This document shows, in pieces, positions 58,811 to 64,000 of a DNA stretch of 64,000 nucleotides. A program made the position numbers and the translations under genes. How positions within the stretch are numbered: the stretch's first letter is position 1; every line of letters starts with the position of its first letter. This DNA comes from the human T2T-CHM13v2.0 reference genome, Homo sapiens, in assembly GCF_009914755.1 (NCBI RefSeq), contig NC_060928.1; one strand, 5' to 3'. The notes beneath the pieces are model-generated. The model saw only the letters and a program-made list of their open reading frames with translations. It was not told where the DNA came from and ran no database searches.

Positions 58811-59807
58811 GGGTTTTCTTAGACATCACTGTATTTTAGAAGTTTGGGTGAGGGGTGTCTAGAAAAAAGCTCATCTATTTACCTATTTTCACACAAGTCC
58901 AGCACCTTAACATAAAGTATGGGAGTCTCTGCCCTCTGATTAAGCCTAATCTAACATTGTTGTCGCTAGGGTATCTGATTCAAGTTTGACCCTCTCTCCT
59001 CACCTGAGAATGTGGAGGCAAATTAACAGTTTATCATAATTTAGCATAATTATATCTACATCTCAGGGTTTTACCAATATTAAAATTGGAGTGCAGCATT
59101 GCAAAGAATGAAGAAAATCATCAAGGAGATTCTCAAGGAGATTCTCTCGCCAAGAATTTCTCCCTCCATTTTTCTCAGAGCCCAGGCTGATTTACACAAT
59201 GGTTAGAGTACCACACAATGAAAACATCATAAATGGCAGGTATCAAACCAAGTAACCTCCACTAGTTACCACTGAGAGAACCTTCTCTCCCAGTACTATG
59301 TGACAATTGAGTCAAGAGGCCCATTATCATCAACAGGCCAGGACCTTTACTGTAGCATCAGGAAAATGTCAACAATATGCTTTTTTCCAATAAAGCTGAT
59401 AATTCTTCCACTTTAAGATAAAGCTTGTCTTGATTGGAGTTTGATCTAAAAGAGATGGAGAGCCTTGGAAGAATTCTAGTGTATTTTTTATTTTGTGCTG
59501 TTTTAGTAAGTGTATGTATAGTGCCCAAAGGTTAATTTTGCAAAGGAATTATTTACAATGCCTCCCACCTGAAGGTAAGAGACAATGGCAAAATATAGCT
59601 AAGATTTTCCACGATATTGTCTTTTAAGAAAAAAGTGTTTGATAACATTCCTTGTAGAAATAGTGGTGGATCCACCTACAATATAACTTGGGATCGCTGA
59701 TTCTAATAGACCAAAGTAGGAAACTCATGTGTTCCAAAACAACATAGTCCAGGTAATAAAAGAAGAATTCCTATACAAAACAAGTGTTTTTTGAATTCTT
59801 TATCCTT

Positions 59808-60168
59808 TCTTTTTAATTTTTTATTTCCATAGTTTCTGGGGGAGCAGGCAGTATTTGGTTACATGAGTAAGTTCTTTAGTGGTGATTTGTGAGATTTTGG
59901 TGCACCCGTCACCTGAGCACTATAAACTGAACCCACTTTGTAGTCTTTTATCCCTCACCTTACTCCCACTCTTTCCCCTGACTTCCCAAAGTTTATTGTG
60001 TTATTCTTATGCCTACGCATCCTCATAGCTTAGCTCCCACTTATGAGTGAGAAAATACCACGTTTGGTTTTCCATTCCTGAGTTACTCACTTAGAATAAT
60101 AGTCTCCAGTTCCATCCAGGTTGCTGTGAATGTCATTAATTAGTTCCTTTTTACGGCTGAGAAGTATT

Positions 60169-60264
<96 letters not shown>

Positions 60265-60878
60265 ATATATATACCACATATATATACATCATATAAATAT
60301 ATAATATAAATATAAATATATATACATCATATAAATATGTGTGTATATATGTACCACAATATCTTTATCCACTCGTTGCTTGATGGGCATTTGGGCCGGT
60401 TCCAAATTTTTGCAATTGGTAATTGTGCTGCTATAAATGTGTGTGCAAGTATCTCTTTTGTATAATGACTTCTTTTCCTCTGGGTGGATACCCAGTAGTG
60501 AGATTGCTGGATCAAATGCTAGTTCTACTTTTATTTCTTTAAGGAATCTCCACACTGTTTTCCACAGGGGTTGTACTAGTTTACATTCCAACCAGCAGTG
60601 TAGAAGTCTCCCCTTTTCACTGCATCCACCACAACATCTATTATTTTCAGATTTTTTGACTATTGCCATTCTTGCAGGAGTGAGTAAGGTGGTGTCACAT
60701 TGTGGTTTTGATTTGCATTTCCCTGATCATAGTGATGTTGAGCATTTTTTCATATGTTTATTGGCCATTTGTATATCTTCTTCTGAGAATTGTCTGTTCA
60801 TGTCCTTAGCCCACTCTTTGATGGGATTATTCTTCCTAATTTGTTTGAGTTTCTTGTAGATTCTGGATATTAGTCCTT
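59808..60878 (-). mobile_element. 5'-truncated L1PB1-like 3' end
   Basis: 'tttggttacatgagtaagttctttagtggtgatttgtgagattttggtgcacc'; minus ORF 60289-60669 is an ORF2 C-terminal remnant ([24 protein letters not shown]). Confidence 0.9.
60174..60350. repeat. Compound (TA)n(CA)n microsatellite
   Basis: Pure (TA)n ~60174-60220, then (CA)n 60221-60262, then degenerate TA-rich sequence. Confidence 0.97.
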
Positions 60879-60914
60879 CTATGTTAGCTTTTCTTCATAC
60901 TATTCTGAGGAGCT

Positions 60915-61185
60915 ATGAGTAGTAATATCAGGTGGTTAATAACACAGGTTCTGGGGTCAGACTGCCTTGATTCAAATCAAAGCAACTTTATACAAAAGCA
61001 GTATGAACTCGGGAAAGATGCTAAATACACTGACCCTTAGTTTTCCTCTCCATAAAACAAGGGGAGTAATAGATTCCATATCTTAGCCTTGTCATGAGTA
61101 TTAAATTAGGTAATCTGTGCAAACCAATTACTGCAGTTCCTGGCACATATTAAATGCTCAATTAGTACTACTGACATTATTATAA
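60915..61185 (+). mobile_element. MIR SINE, near full length
   Basis: 'ggtggttaa...ggttctggggtcagactgcc...ttcaaatc...cttagttttcctc...cctggcacatattaaatgctcaa'. Confidence 0.8.
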
Positions 61186-62058
61186 GAATTGGTCTTCAAT
61201 AATCTGGGTAGAAATAAGAAAGGTTTCCTTAGTTAACTAAATTTTTGAAATCATAATAATAGTTGCACCTTTTTTGGAAAGTCACAATATATATTTACTT
61301 ATTAAAAGCTCTGAAAAGTCCTGCATATGTTTAACACAACATTTTCTAAATTAATTAGCCATGCAATCATATTGGGCTTTTTCTGCATTATGCCCATCTC
61401 TCCTCTCCAAATATTCCAAACGAGTATTTAATTTATTCATGGAGTAATAATTCAAATTATCCTTTTAGAAGCAAGAACCTTAGACTGTATTGTAAATGGG
61501 AAATCCCATTTCCTTGGGAGTGTGAAGGTGGTCTGGCTATGACATCTATTCTATTGTCTTGTCCATGTTTGGGAGCTCTGGGCATTCTCTTCACATATGG
61601 TCTGATGAAATAGCTTTCTTAGATAAAGGAGATATTTTCTCTAGACAAGGTTTAAAATGAGTTTTATTTTCCTCTAGAATTTCCACCCTCTCCAGAGAAC
61701 CCCAGAAGCCTTAGGAAAGAGAGTTTTCATCAATGGGATTTTTCATATACTATGCCAGTTTTTGTTTGGATTACCAAAATGAGTCTCTTATGCATTCTTT
61801 TACTTTGAAAATGCTAGGATTAACCAATACCATTTTTTTTTATTAAGTAATTGAAGAGGAGTGAATACTATTTCATTTTTGTCCCTTAGAGTTCAACAGT
61901 GAACTGGGCTGAGCCAATTTGCAGAGAAATGCCAAGGGCTTTGGATGATATTGGTGGTTCCAGCATGTCCTCAAGGCTCTTCCCAGGGAAGTCAGGGTAC
62001 AGACCTGACCTGTGGTTTTATATTTCCTATTCCAGCTCCTCAGTCCAGAGGTCTCCAG

Positions 62059-62071
62059 ATATATATATATA

Positions 62072-62103
<32 letters not shown>
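62059..62103. repeat. (TA)n microsatellite
   Basis: Read directly from the sequence. Confidence 0.95.
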
Positions 62104-62769
62104 GCCACTTGCAGATATTAGATATTTTCTACCCTCCCTTAGGTTAATTTATAAATATGCAATGTGGTATGGGGGTGGGTGTTGTCTTCTGAATATTTTT
62201 GTTCTACATGTATACTACTGATTGTTCCAACCATAGTCCAGACACCACTATGAACACTCAGGAGATTCCATTTTATTCCTTTGCTCAACAGTTACTGGTG
62301 TCAATAAACAAATGTGATATTACTAGAACTCTATGGTGTGGGTTGTCATGTACCTTTTGCAGTTATAAATAAAGACCATTGACCAGAGAAGAAACTGGAT
62401 AATCTCCTGGACCTACTTGGACCAACAAACTATGGCCTGAAGCAAATGTTATTGTGACCGGTCTACTTTGGATTATGTGTATTCCTAAAATCAATAGCCA
62501 AAAATCAATATGAGTGATGAGGCTGGGAGTACCAGTAGTAACCATTAGAATGGGGTAAGAGCAGTTCCTAAAAAGAAGCAGCTGGTAGGAAATCCTAGAG
62601 GCACACTTTGGAGAAGAAATACAATAAAAGAAGAAACTTGGGAAATAGGTACAGGGCAGATAACATAGGACTTAAAGAGTGAATTAGTAAATGTTAAGTG
62701 TAATCAAAGACCCTGGTAAGCTTCAATCATGACCCAAGATGGCCCATAGGTTTAATTGACTTGGCCCAG

Positions 62770-63438
62770 GTCTCCAGCTCAGACTCACCTTGCACCAATC
62801 CCTCTGGTTCTTCTGCCTCAGCCACATCATGCTATAAATCCCACCAAATCACTGCTTTCATATCTTCTTTCAGAGATATTTTGCACATAGATCAAATATC
62901 ACCCTCCCCAGGGAAGCTTGCTGAAGGTGGCTCCACCCATAAACTTTAAGTCCCATGACATCAGGACCCATATTTCTATTGATCACTATTTCACTTCTGG
63001 GGATCAGTGTAATACCTAGCATTCTTAGTATCCAATAAATGTTTGTGGAATGGATAAATTAATAAGCAAGTAATCTTAATTATTTCCTGAATACATAATG
63101 TTATCTCACACTTCTGTACTCCTATAAATGCCATGTGCTTCTTCCCAGGTTTTCTTCATGGAAAGCTTTTGCTTTAATTGTGATGACAACTCAGTGTCTT
63201 CTTCTCTGCTACACTTTCTCCAACTTCCCATTACCTCTAAGAAATTCAGATGCTTCCTCTGTGTGACCCTAAGCATCATAGGAATTTTTCAATAATGGCA
63301 AGTCATTGCACTTTATTGTAAATTATGTTTCTGTAACCAGCTTTCACTGTAATGTGAGTTCTTACAACATAGTAATGTGACTTTGCATCAGCAGCAACTA
63401 GCAAAGTGCATGAAATACACTATGTAGTTAATAAATAT
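62770..63438 (+). mobile_element. Two L2 3' fragments in tandem
   Basis: 'caataaatgtttgtggaatggataaa' at ~63050; a second copy ends 'ttaataaatatt' at ~63438. Confidence 0.55.
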
Positions 63439-63441
63439 TTC

Positions 63442-64000
63442 TTTTATTATTATTATTACTATACTTTAAGGTTTAGGGTACATGTGCACAATGTGCAGGT
63501 TAGTTACATATGTATACATGTGCCATGCTGGTGCGCTGCACCCATTAACTCGTCATCTAGCATTAGGTATATCTCCCAATGCTATCCCTCCCCCCTCCCC
63601 CCACCCCACAACAGTCCCCAGAGTGTGATGTTCCCCTTCCTGTGTCCATGTGTTCTCATTGTTCAATTCCCACCTATGAGTGAGAATATGCGGTGTTTGG
63701 TTTTTTGTTCTTGCAATAGTTTACTGAGAATGATGATTTCCAATTTCATCCATGTGCCTACAAAGGACATGAACTCATCCTTTTTTATGGCTGCATAGTA
63801 TTCCATGGTGTATATGTGCCACATTTTCTTAATCCAGTCTATCATTGTTGGACATTTGGGTTGGTTCCAAGTCTTTGCTATTGTGAATAATGCCACAATA
63901 AACATACGTGTGCATGTGTCTTTATAGCATCATGATTTATAGTCCTTCGGGTATATACCCAGTAATGGGATTGCTGGGTCAAATGGTATTTCTAGTTCTA
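63442..64000 (-). mobile_element. L1PA3-like 3' end (continues beyond the window)
   Basis: ORF2 C-terminus ...KHRIFSLIGGN*; the 3'UTR has GAG (not ACA/ACG), lacks the L1HS G, and reads 'cacattgtgc'; (TAA)n tail. Confidence 0.9.

Noticed and set aside
59121-59146. 12-bp tandem duplication TCAAGGAGATTC
   Set aside because: Common slippage duplication with no further structure.

Overview
This is AT-rich, repeat-dense human genomic DNA (intronic or intergenic). I recognise no cellular protein-coding exon, and nearly all ORF-track entries derive from transposons or simple repeats. The main feature is a full-length, human-specific pre-Ta L1HS (36457-42500, +). It has nonsense codons in ORF1 and ORF2 and a frameshifted antisense ORF0. 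It carries a ~390-bp non-L1 3' transduction with its own poly(A) tail, and the whole unit is bracketed by a perfect 15-bp target-site duplication (TSD). This L1HS sits in the 5'UTR of an older near-full-length L1PA15/16, which sits in an L1MC3-like 3' end. Other points of interest: a nested LTR cluster at 10.3-15.5 kb, with a complete THE1 provirus inside an older MaLR whose internal region ends precisely on an ERVL MLT2 LTR; an MST LTR inserted at an Alu A-box; a twin-primed, 5'-inverted old L1 hosting MER44 and an Alu; and a short tail-less L1 fragment that looks copied from its neighbour. Subfamily names come from remembered consensus sequences, and boundaries of old repeats are approximate. 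I found no evidence of a wholly new biological system; the findings are unusual retrotransposition or repair events.
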